This document shows, piece by piece, positions 1 to 16,268 of a stretch of DNA of 64,000 bases (the stretch's first letter is position 1; the number at the start of each line of letters is the position of its first letter). Source of the stretch: the human T2T-CHM13v2.0 reference genome, Homo sapiens. The notes under the pieces were generated by a model that saw only the letters and a list, made by a program, of their open reading frames with translations, was not told the DNA's origin and searched no databases. The stretch lies in the NCBI RefSeq assembly GCF_009914755.1, contig NC_060925.1; one strand, given 5' to 3'. The position numbers and the translations under genes were made by a program.

Positions 1-69
1 TCAGGGTCACCTTTCTTCTCTGTCACTACCCCTGGCTTAGGTCACCCTTACAGATGTGCCTCTTAAATA

Positions 70-655
70 TTTTTCAATCGTGTCTCTCCCTATTCCTTCC
101 TACCAGTGCAGCCCCAGACTGTTGTGTTTCATAGACAGCTGCCGCAGTGCCCTCCAGACTGCCACCATGCCTTTGGCTGTGCCCTCCCACCATCCTCCAC
201 ACTGCTGCCTGGCTCATCTGTATAAGGATGATTCTGTAGGCATTGTCCTGCTTAAAACCATGTGGTGATTCCAGGCTTGAGTCTGAACTCAGAGCAAGGC
301 ACATGGCATTCTGCCTGGCACCTGAGGCCACAGCAGCATATTATAGGTCCGCTGTGCCTTGTGCCCTGAGTATGTCCTGTTGAGGCCACTTCTATTCCTG
401 CTCTTCCTTCTACCTGGGAAGCACTCCCTTCCCATTGCGGCTGAAGCCTGTCTCTTCAAACCTCAGCCCAACTTCTGCTTATCTTCCAGAGCCTATTTGA
501 GCTTTCATCCCTTCTAGAAGCTTTCCCTGATGTTGGCAGAGTAGTTTTCTCTTCTTTTGTGTTACCATTACACTCTAGAGAGACCTTTGTTTCTGCATGC
601 ATCACAGTGTATTTGTCTTTTTGAAGGCAGGGACTCTGACACTCATCTTGACAGC
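70..655 (+). mobile_element. L2 LINE 3' fragment (degenerate)
   Basis: L2-like motifs such as 'cattgtcctgcttaaaacc' and 'tttgaaggcagggact...ctcatcttg'. Confidence 0.5.
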
Positions 656-684
656 AAAGGGGTGAATTACTCAACTGTCAATTC

Positions 685-785
685 TTTTGTAAAATGGACA
701 ATGTCAACCCTGTTAGAAGTAAATGCAATAATGGGTGTCACGTCCTTAGCACCGTGCCTGGCCCATAGTATATACCCAGTGGACA
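685..785 (+). mobile_element. MIR fragment
   Basis: 'tgtaaaatgg...cttagcaccgtgcctggcccatagta' matches the MIR 3' half. Confidence 0.5.
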
Positions 786-2019
786 CCTGTACCTCCTCTC
801 CACATCCCTGTTGCATGGTGACTGGGCCCAGAAGGCAGCTAGAATTGGCAACTCAAGCCCTTTTGGTCAGGATCCTTTGCTGGGTGGAAGCTCCTCGCCT
901 ACTAATGCGGGTGCCCTGTGGCTGAATCTGGTGAATCCATCAGGTCCAGGTTGAAAACTACTGAGCAGAGCCCTGCTGCCTCTGGGTATTCTGTTCACCA
1001 CCCAGCCCTTTTGCATTTAATGAATGTAAAAAATAATGGGGCAGCTGCTGTTCCTTACTCTCTCTTCCTGCTGCACTAAGTCTCTGTCTCCCTGGAGAGG
1101 CATTTAACCGCACGAAGGTTTATGGTGGAAATGACAAATTGCTTCTTCACAACGAGCTCACCCTGCTTTCTAACCAGTTGGAATCACCCTTGTTCATGTA
1201 ATATTAGCAATTTACCTGTCTCCTTAACCACTAACCATCCTGAGAGGATTTGGCATTCTTTGCAGCTGTTAATCCTCTCATCACCTGAGGGCTTATTAAA
1301 TAGGTGGAGTGTACATCTAGCCTTTCTCCTACAGTGAACAGTCATTCATGATCTTTTCCTTTTTACTCAGCCTCTCTCCTCAGCTGCCTGAGCCCAGGAT
1401 AAGGCAGGGTCCTCCCCTCTAGAGGCCACAGCGGAGAGAGCTGGGCTCTGGACCGGGGAGTCCCCGGTTTGACTCCTTGCTTGGTCAGGACTTCCTCAAC
1501 ATAATCGCCTGGCCCTGGTGCCAGGGTGGTTGTGGGGCTGAGGGAGGTGCCTGTGCAGCCCATTTCCCTGTGGAGGTCAGTTGCCCCTTTCCTTTCCCTT
1601 CATCAGGCTCAGGCCATCCTTGGGGCAGCCCTGCTATCTGAGGGGGTCTCTCCCGAGCCGCTAAGACATAGTCCTCATTCATATTGGGTGTTGTTGACAA
1701 TCATCCCATCCTCTGCTGCTTCATTTTGTGACTTGTGGACCCAAGTGGGTCTTTGTTTATCCTGATCCAGGAGAGCTGGGAAGGGAGACAGTTTGAATTG
1801 CTCCGGGCATATGTTACTTGTTAATATTTTAAAATTTGACTTGTTGCAGTTTTTCAGAGGTATTAATCTAAAAGCCATTTCATGGAAAAAAGCAACAAGG
1901 AACTGGTTTTATTTCTTTTAGGTGACACTAATAACCAAACATGAGACACATCAGAATTTAAGTGGCTAGTCAAAAAAAAAAAAAAAAATACCAGTGAAAA
2001 TAGCAAGTCTACATTGATG

Positions 2020-2175
2020 TTAGTTGTTATATAACAGGCGCTGTTCTAAGCGTTTTGCCTGTAGCAACTCACTGAATCCTCATAATTACTTTATGAAGAG
2101 GAGATTCAGTAACCTGGTCACATAGGCAATGAATGGCCAGGATTCGGGCTCTAAAACTGGGTCTCCTGACCACGA
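2020..2175 (-). mobile_element. MIR fragment
   Basis: 'aggcgctgttctaagcgtttt...aatcctcata' is reverse MIR. Confidence 0.55.
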
Positions 2176-2620
2176 CGATCCCTCTCTAGGGCTGATGGAG
2201 ATCATCACTAAATCACCTCCTTTGGGATTCTCTGCTCGTTGGAAATGGAGTGTTACCTGCAGAGTACTGCTGTGACCTCTCCTTTAGGCCTCTCTGTGCA
2301 GAGACTGCAGTAGTCTGTGTTAGTGCTGTCCTGTTGAAGCTGGTCCACACTTTTCTGGACTTCTGGTTGAGCCAGTCTGCTCAGATACGAACTTCCAAAC
2401 GAACCTGTTTCTCTTTGGTCCTCAGCCAGGCTTTGTGACATCAGCTGCTACAGCTGTGGAAACAGTTGATAAACAGGGTCAGGCTGCTCAGAGGGAGAAT
2501 GTGGCAGTAGGGTCCCTGGCAAGGGTTGCCTGCTCACTTGGAAGGGCAAAGGCCTAGAAATCCACGCGCAATTGATGCACAAGCTGTCATTGTGCTGAGG
2601 CTTGTGGGCAGGGGGGTGTG

Positions 2621-2720
2621 TTTCTCTTTCCTTCTCCCCTTTTCTTCCTCTCTTTCCCTTGCTCTCTTTCTTTCTTCCTCCTTCCCTTCCTCTTTCCTTC
2701 CTCCCTTTCTTTCTCCTTTG
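2621..2720. repeat. CT-rich polypyrimidine low-complexity tract
   Basis: About 100 bp of almost pure C/T. Confidence 0.9.
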
Positions 2721-3654
2721 AAAAACTAAGATGAGGTCCTGGTAAAGATAGTACATAGAAGAGAGGCTTCAAGCCTCAAAAAGTTATTTCGATAATATAG
2801 TAAGTCACTGCTCCTTATTAAATAAGAGGCCTAAGGGGCTGAGGTGGTGAGGGATTGAAGTGAAGTCTGGCTTGGTTCAGGCCTGAATACCCAAACCAGG
2901 CCAGCTTTGGGTTGGGTTGGCTCTGCCTGGCATGAGGAGACATCCAAGGATTCCGTCTCCCTCAGAGAGCCATGCTGGGAAATCTTCTAAGCATTGGACT
3001 TTGAGGTTAAAATAAAGAGTCTTGCACCCTTGGCGGGGATTTCTGAAAGATTGATGGGATTCTAACTGCCTAACAGTTCCATTTCCAGATGAGCGCCCTC
3101 CGTGCATGGGCTTTGTAGCAGCTCTCTGCCTTTCCTTGCCAAATGACCCTATTTGATCTGGAGCCCTGGCTTGACTTTTCTCTTCAGCATCTGCTGTTTT
3201 CTGACCAATCCCACACCTTCCCCTGGTTTTCTCTTTTACAGAAATCCTTTCTTCCAACTTGATTAGATTTCTTTGTTGGCTTGCACATCTGGTCTTCATT
3301 TAGTAGGGATGACACTTAATTGAAGTAAGAGTTTGGCTGCCTTTAAATTTAACAACTGCACCCTGCTGGGGGTGCTGATGAGGAGTCAGTAGCTGAATTG
3401 TTTATTGAAAGAGATCATATTGATTTGTGATTTTCACTTAAGAAATGCATTCCCACACACCCCTGCATTTAGTTGCTTAGCTGGGCACTCAGACAGCTGC
3501 TTTAAGAATCCAGTACCCTTGTCTCTGGAGAGGCGTTTCTCCTCAGTGTGCATGCAGTACTACTGTATGCACGTGGCATGTGTCCATCTGTCCTCACAGA
3601 GGAGACTGTGCATTGGTAGAGCTGGAGGGCTCCTGTTGTCCACCCAGCATGCCA

Positions 3655-4190
3655 CTTTGAACCAGCTCCTAAAGCATGAGGTCCATCATGTCTCTATTCA
3701 AAAACTTTCAGTGGCTCCTCATTGCCTGTGAATGAAATATGGAATCTCAGCGGGCGGTCAGGGGCCTCCCAGTCTGGCTTCACTGTGCCTGTCCAACTCA
3801 TTTCCTATGATTGCCATGCAGAAACCCAGTTCTCTGGCCACACCGAATTTCTTACAATCTTCCCATTCACTTGGCCATTCTGCCTTTATGTTTTTCACTT
3901 TCTCTGGAATTTCCTCCCTCCCTTTCCTGCCTGTATGGTCTCAGTTCTTCAAAGCCCATTTCAAATGAAAACCTTTGCTACGAAATCTTCCCTGATTCCT
4001 CTCACCTATAGTGCACCCCTTTGAACTCAGACACCCTCTCTGTATTTCTCTTCAGGTATTTTAGCTCACTTTATGTTATAATTGTTTTTATGATTGTTGT
4101 TTATTCTTATTCAACAGAGTCACTACCTGAGAGCAGTGACCTTGTGTTGGTCACATGTGTCCCCTGAAGGATACAGCTCAGTGCTTGGGG
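3655..4190 (+). mobile_element. L2 LINE fragment
   Basis: 'caaaaactttcagtggctcctcattgcc' and 'ctgagagcagtgaccttgtgttggtcac'. A short L2 tail resumes near 4445 after a MIR. Confidence 0.6.
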
Positions 4191-4194
4191 TAGT

Positions 4195-4432
4195 AATAAT
4201 TGATATTCTTGAGTGCTCACTACATGCCAGTTCTATTCTAAGCACTATACATGTATTCATCTTGGTTGATCCTCACAAAAGCCCTTGGAGGGAGGTACTG
4301 TTATTAGCCCCATTTTACAGATAAGGTAACTGAGATCTAGGCTGAGTAACTTGCCTAAGGCTACCCAGGTAGCAAGCAGCAGAGCTGGGGGTCCACCTGG
4401 GCCTTCTGAATCCAGGCTCTCAACTAGTAAGC
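4195..4432 (-). mobile_element. MIR
   Basis: 'cccattttacagataaggtaactgag...gtaacttgcctaagg' is the reverse MIR core. Confidence 0.8.
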
Positions 4433-4619
4433 CACATGGCTTCTTTCATTAGCTACTTGCTCAATACATATCTATCAAGAAAAGTTGTACTGAAGTTAAG
4501 AGATATAGGGGAGCAGGAATGGGTTAGTTTAAAAACAAGGAGAGGGAAGAAGAGAAGGAAATTAGAATGGGCCAGTAGGAAAAGAAAAGAAAGGAGAAGT
4601 GCTAAGAAACCAAGGAACA

Positions 4620-5101
<482 letters not shown>

Positions 5102-6903
5102 TCAGCATTGTTGCTGCAAATACTCCAAGTGTGACTCAAGGCTTTTACCCAAAGGGATGGAGCGGGAGGGTGCAGAGATCAAGATCCTCATGCTCCTTTT
5201 CTGGGAAGGAACCTGAGGCATGAAAAGGTTGTGGCTTGCTCTGGATCCCACAGGGCAGCAGTTCTGGCTAGAATTCAGGTCGTTTGTTCTTTCTGCTTTA
5301 ATTTCCTGCTTTATAAGGAATGGCACATGACTTTCTCTCCCCTTGCTGTTATTGGAAAGGGTTATGTAACCCTGGTGTCATGGGGCTGCTCATCATGGTC
5401 TTGTATTCTGCCTGCATCTCCTAGATCGTATGTCTCCCTGCCTCAACTGCTTCCACTTTGGTCCAGTTCTCAGCCATCTCTTCCTGCCTCAGTGGCTGGC
5501 TTCTTCCTGTGCTTTACTTCTGTACTGGTCTTCACTCCTGCTAAAGTTGCATTGTCTAATCTTTGTCTCAGCCATCCCCACCCCTGAACTTGGAGCCTTT
5601 GGGGACTAAGGATCCTGTAAGTGAGCTCTTAGGCCCTCACCCTTTATTAAGGTCTTTCATCAGGCTCTCCAGCCTCTCTTTCTGAACTCATCTCCTCTCA
5701 CCTAACTTCCCAGTTTGGGCCTCCACTCTTCTCTGGAGAGTTCTTTTCATCTAGTGGCATCTCTTCTCTCTTGTCATGCTTCTCCTCATGGCCATAGAAC
5801 AACCAGCTGTGCCAGCCTCTCTCCTTTCATGGAATCTCCCTGTGCAATAAAGGAAAGCTGAGGACATTCTCCCATACCACCCTTTTTAGGCCATATATTT
5901 CCTCCTTAAGCCACCTTAACCCGTTAAATGGAAAGGTGTCATTCCCAAGAAAGCCACTTAGCAGCCCCAAGGTTGGGGCTTCAGCCAGTGAGATGCTTGA
6001 TGGTATTAGATGGGAAGATGCTGAGTTGCTCAGTGGGAGAAACTTCCCCAGGCCTTACTCAGCCTACCCACTATCTTTTACCCATCACCAGTAAGACCTC
6101 TCTGTAAAGCAAACCAGAAGTCCAAGTTCAGATGAACCCATGACGGGTTGTGGGGAGAGGGACAAGAGGAGACCCAAGCACCCACCAGTAAATGGCAACT
6201 AAAGAGGAAACTTGTTGAGCCTATACTGGAGAAGAACACATCTTAAATTTTCACATTTTGTGGGTGGTAGGGTAGCTGTAGCAGTAGAAACATACATTAT
6301 GAGCATCTTGGCTTTGTCTGAATTTTGAGAAATGGCAGTCACAGAGACTCTTCTATATGCATATCATCCCTTGACACAAAAGAATGGCTATCCCAGTCTG
6401 GAGTGGGGGATGTGGGCCTGTGAATGGGTGTGCCCCAAGTCCACATGATGGCTTTGCTATTGAAACCCTCTAGATGGCCATGACTCTGTGTTGCCAAATT
6501 ACTTAACATTGCAAACTAGTGGCCTACAGGAATGATCTTGATGAGGCGGGTGGTTTAAGTGGAATGTCAGCAGGTGGTCATTGGAGATTATTGTCATATA
6601 TCACTATTTTCTGTGACCCAGCCAACTCTTTGGTATATGTATGTGCTTTCCCTTCTGTCAGGTGAGGAAAGGTTTTTTTTGTTGTTGTTTGTTTTTGTTT
6701 GTTTGTTTGTTTGTTTTCATCTCAAGGTTTTGCATAGATTAACCAATGGATGGTCATGAATCATTTAAATATGAATCATTTAAATAACTATGCTGATGTT
6801 GAGACTGAGCCTTGAGATTCTGCTATTCAGGCAGCAAACTTCTCTGCCTGCTAGTTGAGTGTTATTCTTAACCAAACACAAGTTCACCCTTGCTCAATAG
6901 GAG

Positions 6904-7272
6904 GTTTTTTTTTTTTGTGATGGGGTCTCAGTCTGTCACCCAGGCTGGAGTGTAGTGGCGCAATCTTGGCTCATTGCAACCTTTGCTTCCCAGGCTCAAG
7001 TGATCCTCCCACTGCACACTGCAGCCCCCTGAGTAGCTAGGACCACAGGTGGGTGCTACCATGCCCAGCTAATTTTTTGTGTATGTTGATGCAAAAGTTA
7101 TTGCGTTTTTGCCTTTGAAAATAATGGCAAAAAGCGCAATTACTTTTGCACCCGTCTAATATTTTTGACGGGGTTTCACCAGGTTGCCCAGGCTGGTCCT
7201 GATCTCAGGTGATCTGCCTGCCTCAGCCTCCCAAAGTGCTGGAAATATAGGTGTGAGCCACCACAGCTGTCC
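6904..7272 (-). mobile_element. Alu (AluJ-like) interrupted by MADE1
   Basis: Poly-T start, J-type 'caggctcaagtgatcctccc', and a linker split by a 79-bp insertion. Confidence 0.9.
7081..7159. mobile_element. MADE1 (Hsmar1-derived MITE)
   Basis: Palindromic 'gtatgttgatgcaaaagttattgcgtttttgcc...ggcaaaaagcgcaattacttttgcacccgtctaa' followed by TA, matching the ~80-bp MADE1 consensus. Confidence 0.9.
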
Positions 7273-7297
7273 TCCACTCTCCTCCATTTATTAAATA

Positions 7298-10960
<3,663 letters not shown>

Positions 10961-11659
10961 ATCTGCCTCATTTGAGTATCTGCCTTTCAGCATCTACCTC
11001 CTCAATTCTACCTGGACAATGTCAGCACACTCTAAAAATTGGTAGTTCTGCTGCTGAGCTGCCCATATACTGACCTGTTTTCTTCTCTGCCTGTAAGTGG
11101 TAAGCATTGACCACCCTTCTTGCTGAGAACTTTAAAAATTTTAATCCAGGAGGTGATATGGGGGAGGAGGGTGGATTATGTGATTTGGAATAGCCCTGGA
11201 GTCAGGGCTTAGCTGAGCCCCAAGGATTACGCCATTGTGTTAATTAGGAACTTAACCCTGATTCCTGAAAGCAGTTTTCACGTGACTTTGGTGTGGCAGT
11301 AAAGGCCAGTAAACCAGAGTGTTTGTTACACAGAGTGATTCGTCCTGTGTGACTCAGGAGAGAGGCCGGCCCACGCATGGCCCTTTCAGATCTTTGGGGT
11401 GAGTTGTGGTGGTGTCTGTTTTGCCAGGTAGGTCAGCTGCGGAGTCTTTCAGCCACTGGCATGAAGGGAACCAGCCATGGGTCTGGGGTCAGTGTAGCTC
11501 AGTCTCCTGGTTTTCCCACACTTCAGTTTGCGGGGCAGCTCTCTGACCTGTAGTTATATACTGAGTTTGCCTACTCTTTTTATTTACTTATTTATTTTGA
11601 AGTTTATATTAATTTATTTAAACATTTTTAACTAAATGATGTGATTTTTCTATTTTTTA

Positions 11660-12395
11660 AAAAAGTAGTAAACATTATTTTTAGAGTAATTTTAGCAAAA
11701 TTGAATGGAAAGTTTGGGGATCCCATATATTCCTGCCCCTGCACATGCACAATGTCCCCCACTTTAAACATTCCACACCAGAATGGCACATTGGTTACAA
11801 CTGATGAACCTACATTGACACATCATTATCACTCAGAGTTCATAATTGACATGAGGGTTCATTCTTGGTGTTGTGCATTCTGTGGGTTTGGACGAGTGTT
11901 TAATGACATGTATCTACCATTATAGTTTCATACAGAATAGTTTCACTGCCATAAAAATCCTCTGTCCCCTGCTTATTCATGCCTTCCTCCTCCTAACCTC
12001 TAGCAAACACTGATCTTTTTACTGTCTATAATTTTGCCTTTTCCAGAATGTCATATAGTTGGAATCATACAGTAGGTATGAATGGCTTTTTAGATTGGTT
12101 TCTTTCACTTAGTAGTATGCATTTAAGATTCCTCTAGGTCTTATTATGGCTCGATAGCTCATTTTTTTTAGTGCTGATTAATATGCCATTGTCTGGATAC
12201 ACCACAGTTGATTTATTCATTCACCTACTGAAGGACATTTTGGCTGCTTCCAAGGTTTGGAATTATGAATAAAGCTGCCAAGAACATCTGTGAGCAGCTT
12301 TTTGTGTGGACATAAGTTTTCATTCCATTTGAATAAAGGTGAAAGACTGTGACTGCTGAATGATGTGCTTGCTAAGAGTATGATTAGTTTTGTAT
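11660..12395 (-). mobile_element. L1MC1-like 3' end
   Basis: 'gatgaacctacattgacacatcattatcac' and 'tcacctactgaaggacat'. Confidence 0.85.
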
Positions 12396-12409
12396 TATTT
12401 TATTTAAAA

Positions 12410-12612
12410 ATATGTTTACTGAGTATGTGCCATACACCAAACATGGTGCTAGTTGCTAATATATTATTTAATAATCCTTTTAGCAACCCTATGAAGTAGG
12501 GCCTTCCACTTTATAGGTGAGGAGACTCAGGCACAGGAGGGCTAGGTAGCTAGTAAGTGACAGCTGGCACTTACACTCATCCCTCCTGATGCCAGAGCTT
12601 TTCCCACTGCGT
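12410..12612 (-). mobile_element. MIR
   Basis: 'aaccctatgaagtagg...ttataggtgaggagactcaggcacag'. Confidence 0.7.
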
Positions 12613-13144
12613 CATGCCGTCTCTGGAGACCAGCATATAACAGAAGGTGGCATCCACCCAGCTAGAAAGGGCTCATCCAGAAGCACCTCGTTCAGCTCAC
12701 CAGGGTTGCCCGTCAGTTTATGAACAGTGGAAGAAAAAGGTTTCTTTCTCTGTGTGAAAGTTGTAGCCTTGCCTAGGTGCTCTTATACTTCCTGGATGCT
12801 CAGCCTATGCTGGCCTATTTAGATTTAAACTGTTTTCATTCCGAGCATTGTCAAACATACACCAAAGTAAAAAGACTAGTTTAGTCCGTCTTATACCTAT
12901 CACTCAGGTCCTGGAATTACCAGGATTTTATCATTCTTGCTTTATTTGTTTGTGGGGTTTTTTGGTGGGGGTTGAGGGGGGTGGTGCTGGTGGTTATGTA
13001 TACTGTTTCTTTTTTGGCTGAAAAATTTTGATAACAGTTTTGTCATTAGCTCATCTCCTGGACCTGTGTGGCATCTCTCCTTTCTTTGCATGAATTTCCT
13101 ACCATTGTGTATCTCGTAGTTACTGGGTATTTATTTTATGTAAC

Positions 13145-13395
13145 AAATGTTTATATAGTCTTAATCATATGTTACACCCTTTTTTAGTTCCTTAACAAAT
13201 ATTAGCTTGTTTACACCTCATAAAAATCTTACGAAATAGATATGAAAACGATTCTTCTTTTAGAGGTGGTAAAACCAAGGCACAGGGAAGTTGAGTAACC
13301 TGCCCTGAGTTACACAGCTAGGAAGCCGGCTAGCTGGCTTTCAAATGCAGGCTGTGGGGTTTTATAATCTGTGTTCTTATTTGTCATGCTGTGCT
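13145..13395 (-). mobile_element. MIR
   Basis: 'aaaccaaggcacagggaagttgagtaacctgccc...cacagctaggaag'. Confidence 0.7.
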
Positions 13396-13399
13396 AGAT

Positions 13400-14020
13400 A
13401 AACAACAATTCTACAGCCATTGCCAGTCTGTTCTCTGGTACTGCTAAAGACAGAGGAAGGAAAAAGCTAGTTCTTGCCTGCAGATGCATCCAGTCTGTTG
13501 GGAAGACGGACCTGGAAACCAGCATTTGGGGTAAATGCTGCAGCGATTATGCAAAAACAATTCAGTGAGAATGTAAAGAAACATTATGTGAAGCTTCTTG
13601 AGAAAGTCCAAGCAGGCTTCACAGAGGCTGTGATCCTTGAACTCAGATCCAGAAGGGTGGATGAGTGGGGAGGGAAATCCTGGACCTAGAGGTGAGAGAG
13701 CACAGGGAGGGCTGGAGAGAGATGGACTTGACAGTGGATTTCTCAGGCAATAAGATCATGAAGGCGCTGACTTGCCTGCTAAAAAGCTTTGACCTCATCC
13801 TGCTGGTAGTAGTGACCTATTGGTAGATTTTTAGCAGAGAATAAATATGGTGAGGTTTGCAGATTACTAAGCTCTCTCTAGAGGTGATGCAGAGGATGGA
13901 TTGGGAGGAGAAAAGGCCGGACACCATTTATTAGTGCTGGCTGCTGGCAAGAGTGTAGGGGCCTAAACTGGAGCCATGACAGTGGGAATGGAGAGCCTGG
14001 ATCTGAGAGGTGAGGACCAG
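13400..14020 (-). mobile_element. L2 fragment
   Basis: 'gcaggcttcacagaggctgtgatccttgaact' and 'ggcctaaactggagccatgacagtgggaatggag'. Confidence 0.6.
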
Positions 14021-14135
14021 CATTATGCAGGTGTTCATTATCTGGATTTCTGAATGATATGTTACCTAGGAAAGCAACAGTGATCATAACATCCAAATAT
14101 TCACCAATGAACCCATCACTTACAGAAACAATCCC

Positions 14136-14914
14136 TGTGGCAAATGCACCCGGTGACCTCCAATGTGCCAGGCCCTTGTGTAGCCTCCTCCATGATGTGT
14201 TATTTTATTTTTATTTATTTATTTTATTTATTTATTTTTTGAGACAGAGTGTCGCTCTGTCGCCCAGGCTGGAGTGCAGTGGCGCTATCTCTGCTGACTG
14301 CAAGCTCCGCCTCCCGGGTTCACGCCGTTCTTCTGCCTCAGCCTTCTGAGTAGCTGGGACCACAGGCGCCCGCCACCACGGCCAGCTAATTTTTTGTATT
14401 TTTAGTAGAGGCGCGCTTTCACCGTGTTAGCCAGGATGGTCTCGATCTCCTGACCTTGTGATCCGCCTGCCTCAGCCTCCCAAAGTGCTGGGATTATAGG
14501 CATGAGCCACCGCGCCCGGCCAATGTGTTACGTTATTTAAGACCCCATTTTAGCAGCCTGGAGCGGGACCTTCTGCATGTGAGAGGCACATGTGGAAAGG
14601 GACTACAGGAGCCTCTTGGAGCGGAGCATGGCCCTCAGCTGACAGCCAGCAAGAAAGTGGAGCCTCAGTCCTGTAGCTGCCGGGAACTCAGTTCTGCCAA
14701 CGACAACGTGAGCTTGGGAGATGACCCATGAGCTTCAGAAAGGAACACAGCCTGGTTGACACCATGGTTGCAGCTTTGCAAGACTCTCAGCAGAGGACCC
14801 ATGTAAGCTGTATTCAGACTCCTGACCCAGGGAAACTGGGAGATACTAAATGTGTGTTGCTTTAAGCCTTGAAGTTTGTGGCCATTATTATGCAGCAAGT
14901 AGAAAACTAAAACA
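14136..14914 (+). mobile_element. MaLR solo LTR (MLT1E/F-like), interrupted by AluY
   Basis: Starts tg and ends 'gaaaactaaaaca'; contains 'gctgacagccagcaagaaag' and 'tgtgttgctttaagcc'; 5-bp flanks atccc/ttccc. Confidence 0.8.
14203..14521 (-). mobile_element. AluY
   Basis: Y diagnostics 'ctgcaagctccgcctcccgggttcacgcc' and 'caccgtgttagccaggatggtctcgatc'; CpG-rich; TSD atgtgtta. Confidence 0.95.
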
Positions 14915-15949
14915 TTCCCTGTTCAGTCATCCTCCCCTTAACAGCAGCATCTATTCTCGGCTATCCTCAAGGTCTATCAGCCAGCATTCTGCTTTCAGAT
15001 CTGGCAGTACAGTGCAATTTCCATGCAAATGTATTTCAAAGTGAAATTGCAAGTCTTGCAAAAGATGTAGGATTATAGGTAGTCAATAAAAGGATTGCTG
15101 GAGAACTGCTCAAACAACTTAACAGACAAAAGAGGACTGGGCAGGGTTAGACCCACTCATAATTGGTGAGAAAAACAATCAGTATGCTGACAAGAAACTG
15201 ACTTCAAAGGAGAAGGATTTGAATATCTTTGAATATTAAGACACACCTTTGAGAAAATGAAAGCTCTTAAATAATTTCTGCAAAAATTATGCTCTGTATA
15301 GTAATGTCATGAAAGTCAGAGATGTAGTAAAGGATGTCATGTTATTATGTAGTGATGTTGGAAAAAAATTACAACAATAAATCAATAACTCAGTCTAGCC
15401 TAAGAATTAATGCAAAATTCAATATGATCTAAATATTTCACATTTTAAATAAGGTTTTACATTTTAGATAAGCTTATTTGCATAATTTTTACTTCATTTT
15501 GAAAGATTAATTCTGTCAGCTCTTATTTTTTCACTATTGTGAAGTTCTGGTTCTTATTTTTAAGGGCTTTTCTAGTACCAGCTGCCCCCTGGATAACAGT
15601 TATCAAGGGCCTTTTGAATTAGGGGGTGATGTTGACATGAACTGCTCACTGGAGTGGATGCTTCCTGATGGCCAGGAATGAGGGGATTGATTTGGGCACT
15701 TCCTTTGTAGGATGGAGCCCAAAATGCCCAATTTATTTCATTCATGGCTTCACAAGCCATCAGTATCTCAGATGCTCAAAGATTTTTGTTCAGTACTCTC
15801 CTTGTATCAGACAGGAAACATGGTAGACCACTGAGTATGGTCTGAGTTGATTTCAAGTGTATGCAACATCTTTTCTGGGGATGACCTAAGAAGGCCAGCT
15901 TTATGAAGGACTCTGGAGAATTCCTGGATAGAGTTGAAAAAAGTCCCAC

Positions 15950-16120
15950 TTGACATTTGCATTGGGCTTGTATTTTTCACAGTGCTTCTATTTACATTGT
16001 TATTTTAATCCTCAGAGCTGTACAGTGAGATGGTCAGAGAGCCATCTTCCTTCTTCATGTACTAGAGGAGGAAGCCAGGGTCTGGAGAGATTTGAACACA
16101 AAGTCACATGGCTTTTTACT
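15950..16120 (-). mobile_element. MIR fragment
   Basis: 'tattttaatcctca...gaggaagccagggtctggagag...aagtcacatggct'. Confidence 0.5.
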
Positions 16121-16268
16121 CAGAGGCCCAGAAAGAGGTAGATTATTACAATAATTGTTACGACAGTCATCATTTACAGTGTCTGCTTCCTGACAGTCAC
16201 TGTGCAGGGTACTTTCATACATAATGTCATTGAACCTTATAATCGGTCACAATACTGTCAAGTTGGTA

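Noticed and set aside
1917-1930. 14-nt match to the SP6 promoter core (TTTAGGTGACACTA)
   Set aside because: It lacks the following TAG and there is no other vector sequence; treated as coincidence
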